IMG/VR virus record: IMGVR_UViG_3300009036_000501
Reading direction: 5' to 3' (one strand)
Length of the DNA: 20,000 bases
Source of the DNA: an uncultured virus (IMG/VR IMGVR_UViG_3300009036_000501)
Lineage: Duplodnaviria > Heunggongvirae > Uroviricota > Caudoviricetes
Part shown: positions 6,959 to 15,686 of the stretch, piece after piece
Numbering within the stretch: position 1 is the first letter of the stretch
Layout of the letters: every line of letters starts with the position of its first letter
Notes under the pieces: generated by a model
Database searches by the model: none
What the model saw: only the letters and a program-made list of their open reading frames with translations
What the model was told of the DNA's origin: nothing
Program-made: the position numbers and the translations under genes

Positions 6959-6996
6959 GAAAAGGGGGATTCCCAATGTGGGGATCCCCCTTTTTC
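6959..6996. terminator. Intrinsic terminator, probably bidirectional
   Basis: GAAAAGGGGGATTCCCA-atg-TGGGGATCCCCCTTTTTC downstream of the dUTPase stop codon. Confidence 0.85.
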
Positions 6997-7124
6997 TGGT
7001 TAAATATTGTAATTATTGTGGGTATGTATATATACATGATTTAATAAGAATATAAGTTGATATTAAGTGGCAGATAGAGTGATATAGTAGGACATAATGA
7101 ACTAACGAAAATATACTGTAATGA

Positions 7125-7153
7125 TTGTACTAAAATACAGTGTATGCTATAAT
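7125..7153 (+). promoter_or_regulatory. Probable main promoter of the transfer operon
   Basis: TTGTAC (7125-7130), 17 nt, TG-c-TATAAT (7148-7153). The -35 is flanked by the inverted repeat ACTGTA (7115-7120)/TACAGT (7136-7141). Confidence 0.65.
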
Positions 7154-7199
7154 GGCGATAGTAGTTCATACGAATGTGTGGAAGGAGATGATAAAGCCA

Positions 7200-7856
7200 A
7201 TGATGGGCCACACACATTTCACATTCGGTGCATTATTCGCAGCTGTCGCTGTCAACACTGGGCATGCGGAACCGACAGTGGCCTTTTTTCTTGGCTCATT
7301 AATAGGTTCACTAGCTCCAGATTTAGATCACCCGCAGGCAATGTTGTCCAAAAAAATACCATTGAGTGGAGCGACAATAGGATTTCTCAGGCATAGAACG
7401 CTAACGCATTCTTTGGTTGGACTGGCTATAGCCTATTCTATAGGGAAATACTTAGTACCCCTACTCCTAAGCAAGTTATGGTCTTTATTGATGACAAGCT
7501 TACCTGGGCAAGTAGACACATTGCTCCAGATCCAAGACCTAAGTGCTACATACTTCGGATCCGGATTTTTGTGGGGGTTCATGCTGGGATATATCAGTCA
7601 CATTTTTATAGACTTGTTCAATCCCATGGGTGTCCAACTATTTTATCCCTTCGAGTTTCTGCCGAATAGAGGATGGGTTAATCCACCTTTTGGTCTTGGG
7701 ATAGGAACGGGCACTATTTGGGAACTGATGTTTGCAGTAGTGAGTTTGCTCATTACCACATACGTTAGTCCCATGACCGGTTTATCTGTGGGTATATTAG
7801 TCTTTATATTCTGGTACCTCATAGGGAAACCCGGTCTTCCAAGATATAGACTTTAG
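7200..7856 (+). CDS. YdjM-family membrane-bound metal-dependent hydrolase
   Basis: MMGHTH, GSLAPDLDHP, HRTLTHSL, GYISHIFIDLFNPMGVQLFYP, with several hydrophobic helices. RBS AAGGAGATGA lies 8 nt before ATG 7200. Confidence 0.88.
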   Translation: MMGHTHFTFGALFAAVAVNTGHAEPTVAFFLGSLIGSLAPDLDHPQAMLSKKIPLSGATIGFLRHRTLTHSLVGLAIAYSIGKYLVPLLLSKLWSLLMTSLPGQVDTLLQIQDLSATYFGSGFLWGFMLGYISHIFIDLFNPMGVQLFYPFEFLPNRGWVNPPFGLGIGTGTIWELMFAVVSLLITTYVSPMTGLSVGILVFIFWYLIGKPGLPRYRL

Positions 7857-7874
7857 TTAGGAGGATGTAGAACA

Positions 7875-8735
7875 ATGTTGCGTATCAATCCAAGAGTAAT
7901 ACCAAGGATAATAGCTTGGCTATTGCTAGTATTTATTGCAGGTGCTCTGTTGATTAATATTCTAGGCGGGAAGGAACAGGTGACTGAAGAGTCCCAGTCC
8001 AATCTCGATGATCAGATCTCCAGCATCGCGGTAGCTTTTACCAAGCAATGGATGACTCTAGAAGAGAAAGAAACACCTGATGTATTCCGGAAGAGAATCG
8101 AACCTTATGTAACACCTGCCCTACTAACTAATCAAGCCGGTAGGACGAATGTTACTAATGTAACGAGTCAACGGGTCATTGACGCTTGGATGAAGTCTTA
8201 CACGAAACTCGATGCTACTCATTTCACAGCAGATGTAGTGGTTTATGTATCCTCTAACAACATTAAGGCCTATAAAGTGGTAAATGTCCCACTGGCACTT
8301 AATGCAGAAACCAATCAGCTTGTCGTGAATGAAAGACCGAGTTTTTCACCAGTGATAGCCACTAGTGATGTGGGAAGCATGGACTTTGGTAAACAAGTGA
8401 ATGTAGCTAACACAGATCAATTAAGAGTAACACTTTCCAATTTCTTCCAGAAGTATCTTGGTTCTTCAGATCCTGCTGAGTTATCGAACTTCCTAATGGA
8501 TAGTTCCAAAAACACCATTATGCCGAAAGGTGGATTGGTGGAATTTAAAAACATAGTAACCATGCAGACATTCTTAATGGGGTCTGCAACCGAAGAATCA
8601 ACTGTTAAAATGTATTTGGCTAGAGTAACGGTAGCTACACAAGATGTTTTCTCTAACAGTGTGGTGGAGTCCGACTACAGCTTGATGATACAAGAACAAG
8701 GTGATAAATACCTGATACAGAAAATATCGCCTTAA
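7875..8735 (+). CDS. tcpC: Conjugation protein TcpC/ConB family (VirB8-like)
   Basis: Single N-terminal TM segment followed by two NTF2-like repeats (AVAFTKQWMT...VNVPL...VVNERPSF; LSNFFQKY...YSLMIQEQGDKYLIQKI). First position in an MPF_FA gene cluster; RBS GGAGG. Confidence 0.8.
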   Translation: MLRINPRVIPRIIAWLLLVFIAGALLINILGGKEQVTEESQSNLDDQISSIAVAFTKQWMTLEEKETPDVFRKRIEPYVTPALLTNQAGRTNVTNVTSQRVIDAWMKSYTKLDATHFTADVVVYVSSNNIKAYKVVNVPLALNAETNQLVVNERPSFSPVIATSDVGSMDFGKQVNVANTDQLRVTLSNFFQKYLGSSDPAELSNFLMDSSKNTIMPKGGLVEFKNIVTMQTFLMGSATEESTVKMYLARVTVATQDVFSNSVVESDYSLMIQEQGDKYLIQKISP

Positions 8736-8756
8736 CTAAACCTAGGAGGAATTATT

Positions 8757-9125
8757 ATGACTACTCAAAAAATGTTGAAAATTGTAATGATTGCCCTGAT
8801 GGCGCTTGTTATTGGACTCTCCTTTGCGGCACCTAATGTGGCACTTGCAGATGGTTTTACAGATGCTCCGACTAGCTTGACAGACACTAGCGGAACAGGA
8901 ACAGACAGTCCGGTAGGTAAACTTGGTGGATGGGTAGCTCAACAATTGATGTACCTCTACGCTTTGATGGTAGCTGTAGTTTCCATCGTCTTTGTTGTTA
9001 AACACGAATACAGCAAACTGGTGGCGTTCTTGGTAATTGCGATCATCGTTGCTATCCCTATCTTCGCACCAAACGTAATCCCATCCATCGCTGAGTCCAT
9101 CTCCAAAGCGATCACAGGAAAATAA
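8757..9125 (+). CDS. Small T4SS membrane protein at the ConC/TcpD position, VirB2 pilin-like
   Basis: Signal-peptide-like N-terminus ending VALA-DG, followed by two hydrophobic helices separated by KHEYSK. Lies between tcpC and tcpE. Confidence 0.6.
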   Translation: MTTQKMLKIVMIALMALVIGLSFAAPNVALADGFTDAPTSLTDTSGTGTDSPVGKLGGWVAQQLMYLYALMVAVVSIVFVVKHEYSKLVAFLVIAIIVAIPIFAPNVIPSIAESISKAITGK

Positions 9126-9128
9126 GTT

Positions 9129-9166
9129 TAGCATTAATTGGCAACCTTCGGGTTGCCAATCTGCTA
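9129..9166 (+). other. Intergenic RNA hairpin with cUUCGg tetraloop
   Basis: ATTGGCAACC-TTCG-GGTTGCCAAT (9137-9160), extendable by TAGCA/TGCTA. No U-tract. Confidence 0.7.
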
Positions 9167-9197
9167 TCTACATAACGTGCTTGAGGAGGTAAATAGT

Positions 9198-9941
9198 GTG
9201 TCGAACAAGAGAGTTGGACCTTTCAGTAGTTACAAAAGCTTATTCAAAATACAACACGTTATTTACAAATTAGGAAACATAAGACTCTGGGGTTTTGGGG
9301 TCAGTTTTGACCAGTTGATCACTGGTGCTGTCGTAGCAGCCTTTTTGATGGCTCTCTATGCTATATTCCCTTTGCTAAATTACTTTTTCATTAATAAGTG
9401 GATAGTTATAGTTGTCGCTTTTTTAGCTTCCATGTGGGCGAGCGCAAGGTACGAATTAGGCGGTAAGTCAATCCTCATGTGGACAATAGGAATAATTCTT
9501 TGGTCTGTAAGAGGTAAATACACCGCGCGTGGTCGTACTATTAAAAAGCCACGGTACAAGAAAGAAGGAATATACTTTTATGCGTCATCCCGTCGTGTAG
9601 AAACAACGAGCACAGGTGCTCAAAGGTGTGTAACACCTGCAGTGATTAGCTACGATCAGTTAGAGCATATAAAGGTTTCAGGTGCACACAAACTTCGCAT
9701 AGATCCAAGCGGCAAACATATAAAAATAACTCCCCTACGACAGGCTAAGAAAAGTGCCATAGTGGATGGAGAGATGATCCTCTTACCTAAGAAAAAGATA
9801 AGCTCTTTGACAACCCCTGATGTTCCGATCATCATAGATAACACACTCATTATTTCCCAACCAGCATCCTCTCCAAAAAAGGTAGTGAAACACAAACCAA
9901 AATATGGGATGGCGCTGTTTGTGGAAGAAAACAATTCGTAA
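9198..9941 (+). CDS. tcpE: Conjugation membrane protein TcpE/ConD family (VirB3-like) with C-terminal extension
   Basis: SYKSLFKIQHVIYKLGNIRL..VSFDQL N-terminus, two TM helices, then GGKSI. Immediately upstream of VirB4. GTG 9198 follows RBS GGAGGT. Confidence 0.75.
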   Translation: MSNKRVGPFSSYKSLFKIQHVIYKLGNIRLWGFGVSFDQLITGAVVAAFLMALYAIFPLLNYFFINKWIVIVVAFLASMWASARYELGGKSILMWTIGIILWSVRGKYTARGRTIKKPRYKKEGIYFYASSRRVETTSTGAQRCVTPAVISYDQLEHIKVSGAHKLRIDPSGKHIKITPLRQAKKSAIVDGEMILLPKKKISSLTTPDVPIIIDNTLIISQPASSPKKVVKHKPKYGMALFVEENNS

Positions 9942-9969
9942 ACAATCTAATTTAGGCGGTGAATGTACA

Positions 9970-12444
9970 ATGAAGTTTCCAATAATCTTCTGGCAACAAA
10001 ACATTATATTTGACAACAAGCGAAGAGCTTTCGCTGTCTATAAATTGCCACTGATAAATTATGCTCTGTTATCTATAAACGATAAGATTGGCGCGATGTA
10101 CAATCTGAGAGAATTAGTGTACAATGCGCAAGGAGAATACCATATTTTGTCTCTTTGTCGTGATTTTGATATCGGAACATATGAGGAACAGCTTAGCAGC
10201 TTGCAAAGGGATGATCTCAAGACTACAGATCAATCTCTACCTCAGGAATTCAGAGACCATGTAGTCGCAACATATAATGGACTGTCAAATAGGAAGCCGT
10301 GGAATCGGCACCTATACATCTTAAAGCAAATACCGCTTAAAAACGTGTTGTTGCAAGTCAAAAGCTTGCATCACCTAAAATCCAACGTGCGAGGATTGGC
10401 TAGTTCCCTAATAGATATGTTCGTGCCGTCTGAGCCAACCATCCCAGAGCAATTGTTAGAAGCAGCTATGATGCAGGAAGATACAATCGCACAAGATATT
10501 CGGAATGGTATGGGGGGACAACGGGCTGATTCTAAAGATATTGAGTGGATGATCAGACATAACCTTTTCCGCTCACTTGGTGAACCTGAAGTTACTTCGG
10601 ATTGGGCTCCTGCTTCGGTTGTAGAAGTAGCAGGTACTGGTAAAAAACTCATTCCTATGAAAAATGAGATAGTTTCCCACATAGATGACACCTTCATGTA
10701 TGAAGGATTAGATCATGTGAAGATAGATCATGTGGATGGGGAACACAAAGGTAAAGAATCCTACCAAGCCTTTTTAGCTCTCACGAATTATCCCGAACAT
10801 TTACGTTTTCCAGGGTTAGAGTTCTACCAATGGTTGGACGAATTCTCTTTCCCAGTTGACATCAGTATTAGGCTGAATAGTTATGAAAGCAAACATGCAC
10901 AAATGAAATTGTCAGGAAAGATGAAAGAGTTGCAAGATCAAAAAGAACAACACGCCAACTCTACGACAGGTGTACCCCTACATATTCATGAGAATGAGTA
11001 TAAAGGTAAAGACTTGGAAGGCAAAATTAAAAGTGGAATGCCATTACTGGATGTGACAACGGTCTTTTGTATAGCAGCATCAGATAAAGAGACCCTGGAA
11101 AAGCGTGTAGATGAAGTAATGGGATGGTATCGTCCAAGACAGTTCAAATTGGTACGGACACCTGGAGATCAGAAAAAGTTCTTTTCCACCTTTATACCGA
11201 CATACGATGTGAAATTGAAAGAGCACACTGTGGCCATGGATCCTGAATTCTTCGCTTCAGGCATGATGAACGCATCTAAACAAATTGGTGATCCGAAAGG
11301 ATTCTACTTGGGGGATAATGTCAGTGGCTCAATGGCTCCTGTACTCATGCACCCTCTACGAGGGCCAAGATTGCTCAATAGATCTGCGGCTCTAGGCATA
11401 TTAGGTACACTTGGAGGCGGTAAGTCAGTAACTAGGAAGTATATCTTGTATGCGGCAATGACTATATGGGGAGCTAAGGTCATTTCGATTGACCCCAAAA
11501 ATGAGGATTTCTGTTTCTCCCTCATACCCGAAATAGCGAAAAACATGAAACAAGTAGACCTTGGTCCAGGATCAAGCATCACTATTAATCCATTTCACAT
11601 AAGTCCTGTGGAAGCAACCTCGAGATCGATAGTCACAGACTTGCTGTTCATGCTTTTAAATGCCGAGAGTGACGACAAAGAAGTACGACAAATGGCTATA
11701 CACAAAGCACTTGGGTATGTAATGGAAAAAACACGATCTGAGAGACATATGGATGCTGTAATTGAAGCACTAACGCGAGTGAACTCAGAAGAAGGCCTAG
11801 ATACGGGGATAAGGGATGAAGCCAATAGATGTAAGTTGTTGCTGGAATCCTTCAAAGAACTGAATTATTCTAGTCTGTTGTTCTCCAAAGAGAGTAATAT
11901 TGATGCCTCTGCTCAACTGACAGTATTCAACTTCGCAGGTCTTCCATTGCCAGCAGACAAAAATTCAAAAATGTCAAATTCCGAAAAATTTGGTGCTGCT
12001 ATCCTCTACCTAGTAACATCGTTCTCTCGAGAAGTGCTGATGTCCAAAGAATACAGAAGTCTGTTGAAAATTCTGTCGATTGACGAAGCTTGGAAAATGA
12101 TGATGACTCCAGAGGGAATCCGATTGATCACAGAGATTATACGTATGGGTCGGTCGATGGGTATTATGCCTATCATTGCAACTCAGAATGCCAATGACCT
12201 AAGCGGAACAGATATTCGAAACAATCTAGGAATGATTATGATGTTCCGTAATCCTGACAAAACGGAAATAGAGCAGTGTCTTGAAATGATCGGACTAGAT
12301 AAAGAAGACGAGCACTTAAAAGAACGTATACCAAACTTCAAATCTGGTCAATGCATATTCCGAGATATAGAGGGACGTATAGGAGAGATCCAAGTACGAC
12401 CTCGGCCTGGCAGATTGTTGGATGTATTTAATACATCTGTGTGA
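9970..12444 (+). CDS. virB4: VirB4-like conjugation ATPase (TcpF/ConE family)
   Basis: MKFPI N-terminus, Walker A GTLGGGKS, IDPKNE, Walker B SIDEAW, RMGRS, ATQN, GQCIFRDIEGRIG. About 824 aa. Confidence 0.93.
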   Translation: MKFPIIFWQQNIIFDNKRRAFAVYKLPLINYALLSINDKIGAMYNLRELVYNAQGEYHILSLCRDFDIGTYEEQLSSLQRDDLKTTDQSLPQEFRDHVVATYNGLSNRKPWNRHLYILKQIPLKNVLLQVKSLHHLKSNVRGLASSLIDMFVPSEPTIPEQLLEAAMMQEDTIAQDIRNGMGGQRADSKDIEWMIRHNLFRSLGEPEVTSDWAPASVVEVAGTGKKLIPMKNEIVSHIDDTFMYEGLDHVKIDHVDGEHKGKESYQAFLALTNYPEHLRFPGLEFYQWLDEFSFPVDISIRLNSYESKHAQMKLSGKMKELQDQKEQHANSTTGVPLHIHENEYKGKDLEGKIKSGMPLLDVTTVFCIAASDKETLEKRVDEVMGWYRPRQFKLVRTPGDQKKFFSTFIPTYDVKLKEHTVAMDPEFFASGMMNASKQIGDPKGFYLGDNVSGSMAPVLMHPLRGPRLLNRSAALGILGTLGGGKSVTRKYILYAAMTIWGAKVISIDPKNEDFCFSLIPEIAKNMKQVDLGPGSSITINPFHISPVEATSRSIVTDLLFMLLNAESDDKEVRQMAIHKALGYVMEKTRSERHMDAVIEALTRVNSEEGLDTGIRDEANRCKLLLESFKELNYSSLLFSKESNIDASAQLTVFNFAGLPLPADKNSKMSNSEKFGAAILYLVTSFSREVLMSKEYRSLLKILSIDEAWKMMMTPEGIRLITEIIRMGRSMGIMPIIATQNANDLSGTDIRNNLGMIMMFRNPDKTEIEQCLEMIGLDKEDEHLKERIPNFKSGQCIFRDIEGRIGEIQVRPRPGRLLDVFNTSV

Positions 12445-12469
12445 TTTAATTAACTTGGAGGTGAAAAAC

Positions 12470-15400
12470 TTGGACAGTCTTAGAAAGCATAAGAAGGCCA
12501 CAGCGGCCTTCTTGACCTTCATACTCTTGATCACTTTTCTTATCTTCCCGCCCAATGCAAAAGCAGCAGAAGATAAGAGTAAGGCAAATGGTGAAAACAC
12601 CACATCCAGTGTTTTCTGGTCTTCAAAAGATATGTTGGGATCTGTACCTCCCAACACATTGATATTACATGAACAATATCCTAATACCTTCTCAAGATAC
12701 AGTTTGGATGCACCCCTCAATCTCAAAGTATATGACAAGACTCCGTGGTGGAAACCCAATGTAGTTAAACGGGTGGAAGATGCTGCGAACACTTGGTCTC
12801 TGACTAGAATACTCACAGTTATCGCGGATTTTGGCTTTAGTTTGGTCAAGCTCATGACGACAATCTCCATCTATGTGATTCAGATTTCAATGGGGGCACA
12901 GTGGTCTAGTGCGCTATTTTCCCTCTTTGGGGCGATAGCAAAGGTCATAGGTGTCACGCTCGTGACTAAGAATCTATTTTACTTAGCGATGATCTGTTTA
13001 GGTGGTTACTTAGTATTCCAAGGTCTAATCAAGAGAAAACTTGGTACAACATTAAGTGAGACAGCACTAAGCATAGCTTTACTGGCATTCACCATAATAT
13101 TTATCACTAACCCAGGAAAAGTCATGGGTGGTGTAAACTCAGGTACCGATCTCATAGGAACTTGGATATTGCAAATAGCTGTTTCTCAAGATAGTACTGA
13201 GAATATCAATAGTGCTATAAAAGATGACAACTATGTGACAAATAATAACATTGACAACCAAGTTACTGCCAGCACCAGTTTGTCTGATCTGAAAAATGCC
13301 GCTATAGTGCAAATAACTAATAAATTGTGGGCGCTTCAAGTACGTGCGCCATGGGATATACTACAGTTTGGTCAACTCGATGTAAATGTCAATGACCCAC
13401 AAAAGATACGTGAAGATGGTGGAGTAAAAATACATGAGTATGAAATCGATGCAATACTGAAAATCCTAGAAAATAACTCTGTTGAAATTGGTGACGGTGT
13501 ATCTTCAGATAAACCAGATGCGCAGAAACTGAAAGAAAAAGGTATAGCGGCTGGAGAAAGTTGGGGTAATGCTATACTGGGCCTGAGTGCAGGAGAAGGT
13601 GAATTGCGTTCCATCCTAGTCAGTGTGTTAGGCAATAAAGGAACTGGCGAAGGTAAAGGAGAAGCAGTCTCGATGCATAATGGCGCTGTAGAAGCACTAA
13701 ATGACGGAGGAACAAAGATATTCGTAGTATTGATACTGCTCATAACTACAGCACTAACTACATTCTTCATTTGTACAATCGCTCTAGGATTGTTCTTAGC
13801 ACAGTTGATCGTATTGATAGCAATGGTTGTGGGACCTTTTGTCTTGATGTTGTCTGCACTGCCACAGTTTGGGCACAGATACATCAAAAACTGGGGGCTA
13901 ATTACACTAGGCGCTTTCGGAACCAAGATTATATACTTTACTCTAATGGCAATAATGTTCTTGCTAATTTCCACACTTATGACTCTAGCTTTCGACATAA
14001 ACACACTGGGGTTGGATGAGCAAACAAAGAGCCAGCTTAACATGTTTTCTCCTGATGGCACAACATCCTTACTACTTGTCCAAGTTCTTGTCATACTTGT
14101 CATGTATGGTCTATCCGTGTTCAGGAAAAAGATGTTCCAAAAGAACACTTCCGGCACATTTGGCGTAGCGGGTGCACTCATACACAACACAGCAAGTGGC
14201 GGAAACTGGGGCCAAAGCATGAGTGTAGTACGAGAATCCATGCAAGGGCAGTCATATGGACAATATGTCGTTGGTAGTAGAGAAAACCGTAAGTTTAATA
14301 AAGATATGGGATTCAATAACAATCGCCAATTAAACAAAGGAAATGATGCTGATTCACGTAGAGATGATGAAAACACATATGGATCCTCTGCTGATGAGAA
14401 ACAAGGAACAGGAAATGAATCTTTGCAGAATAATGGAGAGAATGTGCAACAACTGGGACAAGGCGAAGGTAATCCCGACTACACAGATGAGAACGGCGCA
14501 GATGCTCCAGGTGCAGGGGGTACATCACCTAACAATAAGGACACTGATGACTATGAATTTAACAACGGAGCCAATGCTAGTGAAGGTTCTGGGTCACAGA
14601 AAGAGAATAGGCTGAACTGCCCTATCAACGGAGCCACATGTAGTAATGAATCTGTTGCCTATGGCAGTGGTAGTTCAATGTGTTCTGTAACCGGCAAAGT
14701 TTGCCCATACAGAAATATGGCAGAAACTGAGCACTACAGTCAAATGATGCAACTGCGACGTCAACGAAATGCTAGCAATACAACCGACTCAGTAGCAGCA
14801 AGTAACGGGCCGAGGAGGAACGCTGGAAGCAGTACGGAAGGTACAAATACACCAACAAACTCTGGAGAAACTCAGTACCCCAATAACACTCGCATGCGGT
14901 CCGTACAAGAGAACGGAGAAGGAACTCAACAACCGAACAACACTCGTGTACGATCTGTACAGGATGGGGATACAGGTATTGACGGATCTGGACGTGGCGT
15001 GGTAATATCCGAGGGTACAGTTAATGGGGTTAATATTGTTGGTTCACGTAGGAACACGTATAGTGATGAAGATGATCATGATTTCGATGACTCCCGTTCC
15101 TCAGATGAATTCCTGAGTTCCCGTGGAAGAAGTCATAATAGCATATCCATAACCGGTGGCAATGTGAATGCAGAGAACATTTTTGTTGCAGATCAAGCTA
15201 CCGTACACCAAGATGGATCCGTTTCTGCTAGTCCGAATAGACGAGATTATACAGGTAATGACGAGGTCGCCGCTACACGCGAATCCGCAAAACCTCAGTC
15301 GCCAGCTCGTGATCAGGATAAACAAAATACATCCAAGAAGGCAAAAGAAAACACAACTGACAAGTCAGCAAACAAAAAACCTGCGGGAGGGAATACAGAA

Positions 15401-15625
15401 CCTCCAAAACCACCTGTACAGCGTAGTAGCAACAAAACGGAAGATAAACCGCAACAAAGCAAGAATAACTCATCTTCTGGCAAAGATCAGTCACCACAGC
15501 CACCTAGAGGAGTAAGAGTTAACCCACAGTCAACAAATGAAGGATCAAGACAAACTGACAATGACTTTATCCCTGGTGACCGTGGCTTAGGCCGTGGTCC
15601 TGGACCCGGATCGAGTCAAGAATAA
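12470..15625 (+). CDS. Polytopic T4SS membrane protein (VirB6-like, TcpH/ConG family) with a long disordered C-terminal tail
   Basis: Signal peptide (AKA-AE), multiple TM helices, PWDILQFG motif, then ~480 aa rich in N/S/G/D/Q. Follows VirB4. TTG 12470 follows RBS GGAGGTGA. Confidence 0.8.
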   Translation: MDSLRKHKKATAAFLTFILLITFLIFPPNAKAAEDKSKANGENTTSSVFWSSKDMLGSVPPNTLILHEQYPNTFSRYSLDAPLNLKVYDKTPWWKPNVVKRVEDAANTWSLTRILTVIADFGFSLVKLMTTISIYVIQISMGAQWSSALFSLFGAIAKVIGVTLVTKNLFYLAMICLGGYLVFQGLIKRKLGTTLSETALSIALLAFTIIFITNPGKVMGGVNSGTDLIGTWILQIAVSQDSTENINSAIKDDNYVTNNNIDNQVTASTSLSDLKNAAIVQITNKLWALQVRAPWDILQFGQLDVNVNDPQKIREDGGVKIHEYEIDAILKILENNSVEIGDGVSSDKPDAQKLKEKGIAAGESWGNAILGLSAGEGELRSILVSVLGNKGTGEGKGEAVSMHNGAVEALNDGGTKIFVVLILLITTALTTFFICTIALGLFLAQLIVLIAMVVGPFVLMLSALPQFGHRYIKNWGLITLGAFGTKIIYFTLMAIMFLLISTLMTLAFDINTLGLDEQTKSQLNMFSPDGTTSLLLVQVLVILVMYGLSVFRKKMFQKNTSGTFGVAGALIHNTASGGNWGQSMSVVRESMQGQSYGQYVVGSRENRKFNKDMGFNNNRQLNKGNDADSRRDDENTYGSSADEKQGTGNESLQNNGENVQQLGQGEGNPDYTDENGADAPGAGGTSPNNKDTDDYEFNNGANASEGSGSQKENRLNCPINGATCSNESVAYGSGSSMCSVTGKVCPYRNMAETEHYSQMMQLRRQRNASNTTDSVAASNGPRRNAGSSTEGTNTPTNSGETQYPNNTRMRSVQENGEGTQQPNNTRVRSVQDGDTGIDGSGRGVVISEGTVNGVNIVGSRRNTYSDEDDHDFDDSRSSDEFLSSRGRSHNSISITGGNVNAENIFVADQATVHQDGSVSASPNRRDYTGNDEVAATRESAKPQSPARDQDKQNTSKKAKENTTDKSANKKPAGGNTEPPKPPVQRSSNKTEDKPQQSKNNSSSGKDQSPQPPRGVRVNPQSTNEGSRQTDNDFIPGDRGLGRGPGPGSSQE
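14864..14970 (+). repeat. Two degenerate ~54-bp coding repeats
   Basis: GETQYPNNTRMRSVQEN and GEGTQQPNNTRVRSVQDG in the VirB6-like tail. Confidence 0.7.
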
Positions 15626-15633
15626 TAACTGAC

Positions 15634-15671
15634 GTGGGGGAAGGGGCGTATGTGTCCCTTCCCCTCATTTA
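15634..15671 (+). terminator. Intergenic hairpin (weak terminator or attenuator)
   Basis: GTGGGGGAAGGGGCG-tatg-TGTCCCTTCCCCTCAT followed by TTA, between the VirB6-like gene and the wall hydrolase RBS. Confidence 0.5.
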
Positions 15672-15686
15672 TAGGGAGGGATATGC

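Noticed and set aside
6997..7125. Possible oriT, NrdR box or LexA box
   Set aside because: No recognisable nic-site motif, no relaxase in the window, and no convincing match to the NrdR or CGAAC-N4-GTTCG consensus.
7121..7396. 91-aa + strand ORF overlapping the YdjM-like gene
   Set aside because: It starts within the promoter, lacks an RBS and overlaps a well-supported gene in another frame.
13372..14376. 334-aa - strand ORF
   Set aside because: It lies wholly antisense to the VirB6-like gene with no recognisable motifs, so it is most likely a shadow ORF. The same applies to the other short overlapping ORFs in the track.
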